From: Promethearchaeota archaeon | Lineage (GTDB): Archaea; Asgardarchaeota; Lokiarchaeia; Sigyniarchaeales; SOKP01 | Length of the DNA stretch: 19,489 nt | Direction of reading: 5' to 3' | NCBI GenBank assembly: GCA_016839765.1 | Contig: JAEOTP010000093.1 | Location: forward strand, 1 to 19,489 | Shown here: positions 1-8,905 of the stretch, in pieces | How positions within the stretch are numbered: the stretch's first letter is position 1 | Layout of the letters: the number at the start of each line of letters is the position of its first letter | Position numbers and translations under genes: made by a program | Notes under the pieces: model-generated | Seen by the model: the letters and a program-made list of their open reading frames with translations, nothing else | What the model was told of the DNA's origin: nothing | The model's database searches: none

Positions 1-243
1 ACAAATTTTATTGATGAAGAAAATTATTTATTAATTACAAAAGAATTTGGTCCAAGTAAGTTTGTAGAAGCATTTTTATGGCGAATATTCAATAATAAAG
101 AAATGAATCCCAATTACACCGAGGAAGATATGAAAGGAAATAAAAGCTTAAGAGCAAAATATAAAAGTGAAATTCAGCCTACTAGTAGATCTTCTTCACA
201 TTATTCTTTTGAATTTGCTAAATCTCCAGAAAAAGAAGAGTAA
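1..243 (+). CDS. 3' end of a gene truncated by the window start (80 aa: TNFIDEENYLLITKEFGPSKFVEAFLWRIF...FAKSPEKEE*); function unknown
   Basis: Frame 1 is open from base 1 to TAA at 241-243, with protein-like composition; it converges on the 307..2052 gene. Not in the ORF track. Confidence 0.7.
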   Translation, partial: TNFIDEENYLLITKEFGPSKFVEAFLWRIFNNKEMNPNYTEEDMKGNKSLRAKYKSEIQPTSRSSSHYSFEFAKSPEKEE

Positions 244-306
244 ATATAAATTTTAAAGATGATAAATATTTAAAAATAAATGTTACATGTACAAATAAAA
301 TCCTTA

Positions 307-2043
307 TTAATATTTATCTACAATTTCCTTTAACCCTAAAATAGGCACAATTATTTTATTAGGTCTAAAAAGCAATTCATAATCTAATTCATGTAATGTT
401 CGTTCTATTGTAAAATAATTAATTAATATAAAATGCAGATTAAGACTTTCATCAAATAGTTTTGCCATTAATCGATTTTCCCAACTATTAAGCAATTTCA
501 TAATCATTTCAAGAATTTTATGGGTTTGAGTTATTTTAGATGTTTTTCTAAAATAAAGGCTAAATAAAAATTCCTCCGGAACCTCAAATTTCTTAGGATC
601 TACAATTTTTTCTTCAATCAAATGAAGTAGCGTGTTAAATTTAATATAACTCAAAGATCTTAGAAATGAACCTAAATCCTTCTCTATTGGAAACTTGTTT
701 TTTTTCTCTTCAGGAGTCAATTGGGGATCACCTTCAAAATCGATGAAGTAAAATTGATATTGTCCATTAGTTTTGTTATAAAGTATTTGTTGCATATGCA
801 AATCTTGATGAACTGGTTGGATTACTATCTGTGGTACTTGAAATTCTGCTCTAAATTTTTCAATGATATCCTTAATATCAATTAATATTGAGCTTATTTT
901 AGGGGATTTAAAGAAAGAACTCTCAGATCTTTTCTTCATTTTAGATTCAATTGTTGTTATCATTGAATTTAGCTTGTTAGTATAATTTCTGAGGTATTCT
1001 ACACTATCAACTATTTCTTTATCAAATTGTATTTGATCCGATAAAATCATTGCTTTATGTAAGTACTTTATTTGAATACCAATTTGCTCTGAAACTTTTA
1101 AAGATTCACTACAATTTTCCTTTATTAGTTCAACCCTCTTTTGTTTATCATCAAGATAAGAATAATCCGCATCTAGGTCTTTATAGACACGATTGATCAT
1201 ATTATTAAGTTCATTCCAGTAAATATCTCCTACATTTCCAATATTGGGTACATTTTCGAGAATACCTATGGTATCTTTCTCATGGAATTTGAGAGTACCA
1301 TAAATTTTTGGAGCATTTGAAAATTTATTTTTAACCAAAACAAATAAAATTCTTGGTTCAAAACTTTCGAGGAACTCCTTGTAAGATTTTACTACATATG
1401 AAATTGGACTAGAATTAGGTATATTTAAATTTTTAATACTCAAAAGAAATAGTAAATTAGTGGTATTTCCTCCTCCTAACTGCTCTAATGAAAGTTCAAA
1501 TCTGTCAGGGTATAAACTTGCTTCTATGAGATTCTGAACTTGCTTCATATTAATTTCATCTTGAAATTGGTCAGTATATAATGTCAGATTTAAGGACATG
1601 GAGGGAAAAAATTCTGAAATCTCTTTTTCAAAAAATAATTTTTTCCAAAAAAACAAGCAGTATTCTGCTTCTATCAAATTAACTGGAAAAACATTACTTT
1701 GGCCCTCCTCTGGGATAGTCCTTATAAGCATTTTACTAAAGGTGTTTTCTGTCAATTTAACGATATTTTGCCTAGTATTCTCTATAGGATCAAGAATATC
1801 CGTAATCTTATGATAATATATTAAAGGTAAGAAGTAGGATTTGGTATACGTCTCTTTTTCTACGGTTATTACTATAATAAATATCCTATCTGAAATGAAT
1901 TCAAAATATTTAATGACTATTCGAAATTCTAAATTGGATAGTAATAATTTATCACCGAACCATCTTCTTGAAATAAGCCATGCTTTAAACTCATTGGAAT
2001 TAATAACTTGCTGGATTAAATTTTTATCAAAATCCGATGACAT
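307..2043 (-). CDS. Maltokinase/Pep2 (TreS C-terminal)-like sugar kinase, APH/ePK-like fold, divergent
   Basis: N-terminal 'AWLISRRWFGDK' matches the Mak cap (WL..RWF..K). Also VVK lysine, HQDLHMQQIL (canonical HGDLHLGQVL), FIDFEGDP (IDFEGEP), KDLGSFLRSLSY (RDVAGMLRSF.Y) and ERTLHELDYELLFRP..IIVPILGL (EKA.YEL.YE...RP.W..IP..G). The ORF track starts at TTG 2052; ATG 2043 is preferred. Confidence 0.8.
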   Translation of the reverse strand: MSSDFDKNLIQQVINSNEFKAWLISRRWFGDKLLLSNLEFRIVIKYFEFISDRIFIIVITVEKETYTKSYFLPLIYYHKITDILDPIENTRQNIVKLTENTFSKMLIRTIPEEGQSNVFPVNLIEAEYCLFFWKKLFFEKEISEFFPSMSLNLTLYTDQFQDEINMKQVQNLIEASLYPDRFELSLEQLGGGNTTNLLFLLSIKNLNIPNSSPISYVVKSYKEFLESFEPRILFVLVKNKFSNAPKIYGTLKFHEKDTIGILENVPNIGNVGDIYWNELNNMINRVYKDLDADYSYLDDKQKRVELIKENCSESLKVSEQIGIQIKYLHKAMILSDQIQFDKEIVDSVEYLRNYTNKLNSMITTIESKMKKRSESSFFKSPKISSILIDIKDIIEKFRAEFQVPQIVIQPVHQDLHMQQILYNKTNGQYQFYFIDFEGDPQLTPEEKKNKFPIEKDLGSFLRSLSYIKFNTLLHLIEEKIVDPKKFEVPEEFLFSLYFRKTSKITQTHKILEMIMKLLNSWENRLMAKLFDESLNLHFILINYFTIERTLHELDYELLFRPNKIIVPILGLKEIVDKY

Positions 2044-2233
2044 AAGGATCAACTGTTATGATCTAATATTTATTCAAAATACCCTATACAAATTATATTT
2101 AATGATTTTACTAGTCTAGCCCTAAATTATTAATTTAGAAATTTTATAAGCGAATTTACCTTAGAAAAATCATAAAGTTTACAAATATAGAAAACAAATA
2201 AGAAAATAAATTTATTAATGGTAGGATTAATAC

Positions 2234-2776
2234 ATGTCATCTAGAAAGATAAAAAAGGAAAAATATGGTAAGGAACGAGTAATCTATGAAATTAAAGAGA
2301 GCTTAGAACATAAGACAGTCTTAAGGCTTGAAGCACCTCTTCTTGGATTAATTGCCTTCAGTGTTGCGTTATGGGGTTCGAAAATATTCACGGCCATTTC
2401 ACCAGGGACGAGCTTAATTTTTCAAATCGGTGTATATAATATTCATCTCCACCACTTTCATTATGGTATCATCGCATTAGCAATCGGATTGGTACTCACA
2501 TTTTTTGAAGGAAAGTGGTTTGTAAGAATTGAACATATTCTATTTGGTGCGGGTTTAGGTTTTATTGTTGATGAATATTGGTTACTTTTAATATTCGATG
2601 ATACAACATATTTCGGTCCAGAATCGCAATTTATCTCCGCGATGATCGGACTCGTAATAAGTATCATTTATATAGTGATAATTATAGGAGTTTATTTTGC
2701 GACGAAGGAAGAGCGAAAAATTTGGCGAGAGTTATATGAAGCAGTTAAATCAGATAAAGTTAAAATAGATATATAA
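2234..2776 (+). CDS. Uncharacterised 4-TM membrane protein with HLHHFHYG and GAGLGFIVDE motifs
   Basis: Four hydrophobic segments; His-rich motif before TM2 and G-x-G-L-x(3)-DE in TM3, as in a widespread hypothetical membrane family. AGGA at 2223-2226 precedes the ATG. Confidence 0.8.
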   Translation: MSSRKIKKEKYGKERVIYEIKESLEHKTVLRLEAPLLGLIAFSVALWGSKIFTAISPGTSLIFQIGVYNIHLHHFHYGIIALAIGLVLTFFEGKWFVRIEHILFGAGLGFIVDEYWLLLIFDDTTYFGPESQFISAMIGLVISIIYIVIIIGVYFATKEERKIWRELYEAVKSDKVKIDI

Positions 2777-3075
2777 TACAATTAATTAAATTAGATCTAT
2801 TATATTTGAAGTTATGCTACTAATTCTCTTAGTTTTGAAATTAACCAAAAGACATTATTTTAGTAATTATACCCCTTCTTAATCGATTAAAATAAATTAA
2901 ACGCCCTTTATTGAAATATCCAATAATATAATTAATCTAATGAAAAATTCTTTAAATTAGGACAAATTCTTAGAATTATATGTAAATTATTTATCCAGAT
3001 TTATAACTGAATTATTGGTTTTCAAAAAAATATATAATAATCATATTGTTGAATATTTAATAACTAAGAAGTTTT

Positions 3076-3255
3076 TTATTCCTCCTCATCTTCGTTTCTA
3101 TTCTTACTTTGGGTTATCGCCATTGAAAAAAAGAACATAAAAGCAATCAAAAATAATATAGCGATTAGTAGTGGAAATATAGGAAAAAAGCCATAAATAG
3201 TTATCAAAAAGATTAATATCACCACTAAAAAACAATGGATTCCTTCTATTTTCAT
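3076..3255 (-). CDS. Small 2-TM hairpin membrane protein (59 aa) with acidic C-tail (NEDEEE)
   Basis: On the minus strand, SD AAAAAGGTG (AGGTG at 3266-3262) lies 6 nt before ATG 3255, so ATG 3255 is preferred over the track's GTG 3264. Two hydrophobic helices are joined by a PIFP turn. Confidence 0.7.
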   Translation of the reverse strand: MKIEGIHCFLVVILIFLITIYGFFPIFPLLIAILFLIAFMFFFSMAITQSKNRNEDEEE

Positions 3256-3505
3256 TATTAACACCTTTTTTCAATTTTATAAATTCATTTATGCCTTATG
3301 CTTTTTATAGTTTGACCATCATTGAATTAAGCACTTTACAAATCTTTAAAAATGAACGCAATACAGAGAAGTCATACCCAAATTCGTAAGATACTCTTAT
3401 GGTTCTCAAATGTTCTTTTTATTCAATAAAAAAAATTTTAAATCAACTTTTTATTTCAAAATTGATTTTGATTGAAAAGCAACCGATAAAAATAAAATTT
3501 AATTT

Positions 3506-4054
3506 TTATGTGCTCCGCATTAATTCTAGCGTTTCTTTTCTATAGTTTTCTGTATCAAAATCTCCTGGATCAAATTCTAATGCCTTATCAAAGCATAAGA
3601 TCGCTTGTTCATATTTTTTTGTATCTTTAAGAATTAAACCCTTCATTATCCAGGCATTTGAAAATCTCGGATTTAGCTCTAAAGCTTTATCAAGACAAAT
3701 AATAGCTTGATCATATTTTTTCATTAAGGCTAATTTATCACCCTTACGACCCCAAGCTCTATCCCACTTTGGTGCTATAGAAATTGCTTTGTCTAAAAGC
3801 TTAATTGCCTTTTTGCCCTCTGTCATATCAGCCATATCAACAAGATCCCATGCTTTTTCGGGTATCTGCATCGCTTTAACTATAGTTATAGTATCTCTCA
3901 ATCCCATAGCCATTTCTTTACCGATTATTGCACCTCTTGAATTTGGATTAATGTGTAAAATATAATTAAAACGTTTAATAGCTTCATTAAACTTGCCTTC
4001 TTTCATTAGTTCATTCGCTTCATCAATTAATCGACTTTCGTTAAAAACCTTCAT
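3506..4054 (-). CDS. Tetratricopeptide repeat (TPR) protein
   Basis: Repeated TPR consensus: AWGRKGDKLALMKKYDQAIICLDKALELNP and AWIMKGLILKDTKKYEQAILCFDKALEFDP, plus a degenerate N-terminal repeat. Confidence 0.92.
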   Translation of the reverse strand: MKVFNESRLIDEANELMKEGKFNEAIKRFNYILHINPNSRGAIIGKEMAMGLRDTITIVKAMQIPEKAWDLVDMADMTEGKKAIKLLDKAISIAPKWDRAWGRKGDKLALMKKYDQAIICLDKALELNPRFSNAWIMKGLILKDTKKYEQAILCFDKALEFDPGDFDTENYRKETLELMRST

Positions 4055-4258
4055 AATTTTTCTCGGAAATTTGTCTTAACGGATAAATTCTAATAAGTTA
4101 AATTCATTTATAAGTGTTATACTGGTTTCTTCTATGATAAGATAAGGAAGTTAAATCTAAAATACTTTTTAATACCTTAATCATTATTTATTTTTAATTT
4201 CTATTAATATCACATTTAAATTTAAAGACGACTTTTTTTCATATTAGAATAGGAGATA

Positions 4259-6442
4259 ATGGATATGACAGAAGGAAAAAGCATTTACCTCTCGTTAGTA
4301 TTTCACTTTCATCAACCTGTCGATCAACTGGATTTCGTCTATGAGGATGCCTATAAGAAAGCTTATGAGCCATTATTGGATAACTTATACAAATACTCTG
4401 GGGTTAAGGTTACTCTACATTTTTCTGGAAATCTATTAGAATGGTTAATTACTAATAAACCTAAGTTCATTGAAAAATTGAAACATATGGCTAAGCGAGG
4501 GCAATTAAAAATAATTGGTGGTGGTTATTATGAGCCTATATTTGCTATCATCCCTTATAGAGATAAAATTGCTCAAATGAACAAATTGTCAACTTTTATT
4601 AAAGAAAAATTTGGTCTAGATGTTAAAGGAGCATGGTTATCAGAAAGAGTTTGGGAACCAAATTACCCATCATTTTTGAGTGAGGTAGGTTTAAAATATG
4701 TTATTGTGGATGATAATCACTTTAGATCAACTGGTATAACTGAAGTTGATACACTCTATTCCTATATTACTGAGGATGAGGGAAAAACATTAAGGGTGTT
4801 CTCCATTAATGAAGAATTACGATATCTAACTCCCTGGAAACCCACCTATTTATCTGTTGAATATTTAAAGAAAATGGCTGATGAGAAAGGAGATAGAATG
4901 GCTTTATTGATTTCTGATGCAGAAAAGATGGGTGTATGGGGAACAACTCATGAAATATGCTATGTGGAGGGTCAGGGGCATCATGATGGAGATAATGGTA
5001 AACCATTCATACCAGCATTTTTAGAACAAATCATTAATAATGAATGGATAAAATCTATTACCCTTTCAGAGTATATGGAAAAAGTTCCAGCAAGGGGACT
5101 AGTTTATCTTCCTACAGCGAGCTATGATAAGATGGAAGAATGGGTTTTGCTAACTCCCATTAGAAAGAAGTTTAAAAAAATAAGAAAAAAATTAAAAGAT
5201 AATCCAAAAAAAGAGGATGAATACTTATTTCTGAAGGGAGGATTTTGGCGTTATTTCTTAGTAAAATATCCAGAATCAAATAATATGCATAAAAAAATGC
5301 TTTATGTACGTGAAAAATTAATTGATATCGAAAATCGATTAAATCAAGCAGAATTGATAAAACAACAACCAAAGATTGATGAAGCGTGGGACGAGATTTA
5401 TAAAGCCCAGTGCAATGATAGTTATTGGCATGGATTATTTGGGGGAGTCTATTTACAGTTTTTACGTTTTTCGGTATATACACATCTTATTAATGCTGAA
5501 AAAATTATCGATCAATTAAATTCAGAGATTGCAAAACTTCCAAATAAATACATTTCCATAGTTCCTGTTGATTTTAATAAGGATAGTAAAATGGATATTA
5601 TTATCGAATCTGATATCTTAAATCTGTATATTAATCCTTCTGATGGAGGAACTATTTTTGAATTAGATTTCAAACCTAAATCATATAACATATTAAATAC
5701 TTTAACAAGATGGCCTGAAGCATATCATGAAAGTGAAAAAATAGAAAAGGAAGAATTAATGATCGATAGGTTCAAAAGAAGTATGTTAAGGGTAAGGTTT
5801 TTAGATGGTGATGTTACTTTAGAGCAAATAGAGCAAGATAATTATGATGAATTTGGAACTTTCATTGATAGTGAATTTAATATAACTCGAAATGAAAAAG
5901 ATGGTAAATCTGCGATTCTAGAATTAGAATGCGCAGGAAACATTAAAGATCCTGATTCAGAAGAAGTTTTTCCTTCAACTATAAAAAAGGAGATCATTGT
6001 AGAAGACAATAAAATTAAAATCGTTTTAAAGGGAAATTTTGATAATATAGTTGGAAAAGAAGAATTAGTTGCAAGAATATTAGATAAATTACATATAGGT
6101 ATTGATATCCCGTTTTTCTTTAATGGTGATCCTAATAGGTTTACTTGGGAAAGTAACCAAATTTTATTCGCAAATGATAATAATAATGAGCTTTTAGCAT
6201 CTTTTGAGTATGAGGGACATCATTTTAAAGCATATGATGAATCTTATAATTTATTCTTTGAATTTGAGATTTCTAGTACTTCAAAATCAGATTTAGAGGC
6301 AATAAAAATAGGAAAATTCCCAATCATTGCATATGTATACACAGATGAGGGTTATAAGAAAATTTTTCAGGGAATTAATGTCATACCGCAATTTAAACTA
6401 TCAAAAAATTTTGAATATCATATAGAATTAAAAGTGCAGTAA
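4259..6442 (+). CDS. GH57 alpha-amylase / 4-alpha-glucanotransferase with C-terminal beta-sandwich (DUF1925/DUF1926-type) domains
   Basis: GH57 conserved regions HFHQP, GGGYYEPI, GAWLSERVW (nucleophile Glu), SDAEKMGVW (acid/base Asp), ASYDKMEEW, FLVKYPESNNMHKKM and AQCNDSYWHGLFGGVY. SD AGGAGA at 4251-4256 is better spaced for ATG 4265 than for 4259. Confidence 0.93.
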   Translation: MDMTEGKSIYLSLVFHFHQPVDQLDFVYEDAYKKAYEPLLDNLYKYSGVKVTLHFSGNLLEWLITNKPKFIEKLKHMAKRGQLKIIGGGYYEPIFAIIPYRDKIAQMNKLSTFIKEKFGLDVKGAWLSERVWEPNYPSFLSEVGLKYVIVDDNHFRSTGITEVDTLYSYITEDEGKTLRVFSINEELRYLTPWKPTYLSVEYLKKMADEKGDRMALLISDAEKMGVWGTTHEICYVEGQGHHDGDNGKPFIPAFLEQIINNEWIKSITLSEYMEKVPARGLVYLPTASYDKMEEWVLLTPIRKKFKKIRKKLKDNPKKEDEYLFLKGGFWRYFLVKYPESNNMHKKMLYVREKLIDIENRLNQAELIKQQPKIDEAWDEIYKAQCNDSYWHGLFGGVYLQFLRFSVYTHLINAEKIIDQLNSEIAKLPNKYISIVPVDFNKDSKMDIIIESDILNLYINPSDGGTIFELDFKPKSYNILNTLTRWPEAYHESEKIEKEELMIDRFKRSMLRVRFLDGDVTLEQIEQDNYDEFGTFIDSEFNITRNEKDGKSAILELECAGNIKDPDSEEVFPSTIKKEIIVEDNKIKIVLKGNFDNIVGKEELVARILDKLHIGIDIPFFFNGDPNRFTWESNQILFANDNNNELLASFEYEGHHFKAYDESYNLFFEFEISSTSKSDLEAIKIGKFPIIAYVYTDEGYKKIFQGINVIPQFKLSKNFEYHIELKVQ

Positions 6443-6571
6443 TTCTCGTATTAAAATCTTTAGGAAGTATATTTTGCTGTATTATCACGTACAATTTATG
6501 TCGAATTTATGAAGCTTTAAATATAATTCCAGCATATTATCAATAACTAAGAAATAATATTGGTTTTTTTT

Positions 6572-6715
6572 ATGGATTCTTACAAAAATGGCAAACGAAA
6601 TGGCTTCAACTATACCGATAAATCTGCTAAACAAAATATCGAAAATAATGAAGTTATAAAAAATATCCGTAAAAAATTAGTGGAAGAAAAATTTAAAAAG
6701 AAATTTCAGAAATAA
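6572..6715 (+). CDS. Putative small basic protein, 47 aa (MDSYKNGKRNGFNYTDKSAKQNIENNEVIKNIRKKLVEEKFKKKFQK)
   Basis: ATG...TAA ORF filling the GH57-pcm gap; TTTAAATA at 6516-6523 upstream and a T-rich tract after the stop. Below the ORF-track length cutoff. Confidence 0.5.
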   Translation: MDSYKNGKRNGFNYTDKSAKQNIENNEVIKNIRKKLVEEKFKKKFQK

Positions 6716-6772
6716 TTTTCTTCGTTTTAAAAAATAAGATTCTATTTTTCTTCGCTTACACTTAAATTTTGG

Positions 6773-7447
6773 TTATTCTTGCCAGCCATACTTCCCTATA
6801 AGGCTTACAAATCTGACCCCAGTGATGTTCTCAGATTTAAACTCATCTCCCTCCCTACGAATTATATAGAGATTCTGCCCCCATTCTCTAGATCCGGCTG
6901 GTATACAAAGAATGCCACCCTCTTTTAATTGCTTCTTATAGGGAGGAGGAACTTTTTTTGGTGATGCTGCTGTTACAAGAATTTTATCGTATGGCGCTTC
7001 TTTAGAATACCCTAAAGTGCCATCTCCATGAATTACAGTGACTCGATCTCCATAATTGGTATCTTCAAGACTTTTCTGGGCTTTATCAGCTAACTTTTTA
7101 TGGCGTTCAATGGTATACACATGACCAGGATTTTTACAATCTTCTGGAGCTACAATTTCAGCACACAGAGCAGCATGATATCCCGAACCTGTTCCTATTT
7201 CTAACACTTTATCTCCTTCTTTTAGTTCTAAATATTCACACATCATAGCATTCATATGAGGAGCACTGATAGTTTGACCTAAACCTATAGAAAGCGGAGA
7301 ATCTAGATAAGCTGATGATGCTGCTCCTTGGGGTACAAATTTATGCCTAGGAACCTTCAGCATTGCCTGAATTACATTCTGATCATTTACTATTTTACGA
7401 TTTATTAGACTTTCAACCAAATATTTCCTTTTTTCCTCAAATTCCAT
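6773..7447 (-). CDS. pcm: Protein-L-isoaspartate O-methyltransferase
   Basis: VPRHKFV, AYLDSPLSIGLGQTISAPHM, SAM motif VLEIGTGSGYHAA, GDGTLGYSKEAPYDKILVTAA and C-terminal VRFVSLIG. Confidence 0.96.
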   Translation of the reverse strand: MEFEEKRKYLVESLINRKIVNDQNVIQAMLKVPRHKFVPQGAASSAYLDSPLSIGLGQTISAPHMNAMMCEYLELKEGDKVLEIGTGSGYHAALCAEIVAPEDCKNPGHVYTIERHKKLADKAQKSLEDTNYGDRVTVIHGDGTLGYSKEAPYDKILVTAASPKKVPPPYKKQLKEGGILCIPAGSREWGQNLYIIRREGDEFKSENITGVRFVSLIGKYGWQE

Positions 7448-7510
7448 TTAAAGTTGTCAGTCTCTTAATCTTTTAATTTAGAATCTTAACAAAAACCAAT
7501 TGATTTATGT

Positions 7511-7518
7511 TATATAAA
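7511..7518 (-). promoter_or_regulatory. Candidate TATA box for pcm (TTTATATA on minus strand)
   Basis: Consensus archaeal TATA about 65 nt upstream of the pcm ATG, in the 92-nt U32-pcm gap. Confidence 0.35.
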
Positions 7519-7539
7519 TGATATAAATTTTATCTATGA

Positions 7540-8778
7540 TTATTTTTTTTCGAGAATGTAGATTTTATCATTTTCTTCACAATTATCAATTCTTAAATTG
7601 ATTTTAACTGGATCGCTGTACCTTTTTCTCGCAATACTTTTAATTTTTTCACCCTTAAAGATCATCTTATTTATTTTTTCAATTTGATAAGTATTATCTC
7701 CAATAATGATAATTTCATCTCCTAACTTTAATGGCACTTCCAAACTTTCTAACAAAACATTTGCAGTTTTAGAATTCGGATCAAATGTTAATACTTTCCC
7801 TAAATAGTGTTTTTTATAAGGAGATATGTTGCCTCTTTTTTCTAGCTCAATGTCTTCTAGTGTAGGCCTATGAAAATAGAAGCCGGTGTGAAATCCTCGA
7901 TTGTACACTTTAGATAACCTTTCTATCCAATTGGTTACTTTATGTTTAGTGAATGTCCCTTCAAAATGACTATCTATTGCTTCTCTATAACATTCAGACA
8001 CTGTTTTAATATAGAGGGGATCTTTCATCCGCCCTTCTATTTTGAAGGCGTCAATATTGGCCTCAATTAGCTCAGGTATGTGTTCTATCATACAAAGATC
8101 CTTTGTATTTAAGAACATTTGACCATTATAAAGAAGTTCATTATTTTCATCATCTATAACTCTCCATTCTCTTCTACATGGTTGTATACAATTGCCCCGA
8201 TTTGCTGAATATTCCTCTGAATCACATAAAGTAGCAGAGAGATAACAGCGTCCTGAAATCGACGTGCACATTGATCCATGCACAAAACATTCAATTTCAG
8301 TAGTCTTCAGATGATGTTTTATGAGTTTAATCTGCTTTAATGATAGTTCTCGGGCTAATATTATCCGTTCTGCTCCCAATTCTTCAAAAAATTTAGCGGA
8401 TTCTGTATTCGATATATTTGCCTGTGTGGATATATGAAAAGGTAAATTTAATTTTTTAGCAAATCTAATAGTTGCTAAATCATGAGTGATAATAGCATCT
8501 ATCCCTCCTCTTTTTGCTTGATCTAGGAGTTTTTCTAAATCTTGAAGTTCTGAGTCATAAATTAGAATGTTGGTTGTTAAATACGCTTTAATTGGAGGAT
8601 TTCTACTATGGCAATAATCTATTACATCCTTAAAGTCTTCTCTCAAAAAGTTTTTAGCACTAGCTCGCATATTATAATCTTGAACTCCAAAATATACTGC
8701 ATCTGCTAAGCCTTCAATAATCTTCAATGAGTTCCAATCTTGTGCAGGAACTACTAATTCTGGTTTCATTAAATTCAT
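7540..8778 (-). CDS. Peptidase U32 family Fe-S protein (TrhP/YegQ-like, probable RNA hydroxylase rather than protease)
   Basis: PELVVPA, ADAVYFG, HISTQAN, RIILAREL, Cys cluster ECFVHGSMCTSISGRC...NRGNCIQPCR, KDLC, FKIEGRMK, and a C-terminal beta-barrel extension. Confidence 0.9.
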   Translation of the reverse strand: MNLMKPELVVPAQDWNSLKIIEGLADAVYFGVQDYNMRASAKNFLREDFKDVIDYCHSRNPPIKAYLTTNILIYDSELQDLEKLLDQAKRGGIDAIITHDLATIRFAKKLNLPFHISTQANISNTESAKFFEELGAERIILARELSLKQIKLIKHHLKTTEIECFVHGSMCTSISGRCYLSATLCDSEEYSANRGNCIQPCRREWRVIDDENNELLYNGQMFLNTKDLCMIEHIPELIEANIDAFKIEGRMKDPLYIKTVSECYREAIDSHFEGTFTKHKVTNWIERLSKVYNRGFHTGFYFHRPTLEDIELEKRGNISPYKKHYLGKVLTFDPNSKTANVLLESLEVPLKLGDEIIIIGDNTYQIEKINKMIFKGEKIKSIARKRYSDPVKINLRIDNCEENDKIYILEKK

Positions 8779-8895
8779 ATTTTATTTAATTCTATTGAAA
8801 ACATAGAAATTATAGAATAAAATTGTTATTAATTAAAATCTTATATTTTGATATTATATTTTAATAAGTATTGTAGATTTGTTTTATGAATTATA

Positions 8896-8901
8896 GGTGA
8901 T
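8896..8901 (+). promoter_or_regulatory. Archaeal Shine-Dalgarno AGGTGA for the flavoprotein gene
   Basis: AGGTGA directly upstream of ATG 8906. Confidence 0.65.
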
Positions 8902-8905
8902 ATAA

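Noticed and set aside
1598-2119. ORF-track ORFs 1598..1813 (+) and 1841..2119 (+)
   Set aside because: Antisense shadows of the well-supported kinase gene, with no recognisable motifs.
2461-2667. 68-aa minus-strand ORF
   Set aside because: Entirely antisense within the membrane protein gene.
2777-3075. Long convergent intergenic region with a 22-codon ORF and a minus-strand AAGAAGGGGT SD-like string
   Set aside because: No ORF of credible length, no stable GC-rich structure and no repeat; cannot support an ncRNA or gene call.
3300-3430. Short 25-34 codon ORFs on both strands between the microprotein and TPR genes
   Set aside because: No SD or recognisable motif; expected by chance.
4208-4226. 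TATCAC half-site (TrmB-like TGM motif) and TTTAAATTTAAA palindrome upstream of GH57
   Set aside because: The second half-site GTGATA is absent, and an A/T-only palindrome is unremarkable at this base composition.
4806-5483. Minus-strand ORFs 4806..5006 and 5172..5483
   Set aside because: Antisense to conserved GH57 catalytic regions; composition reflects the reverse complement.
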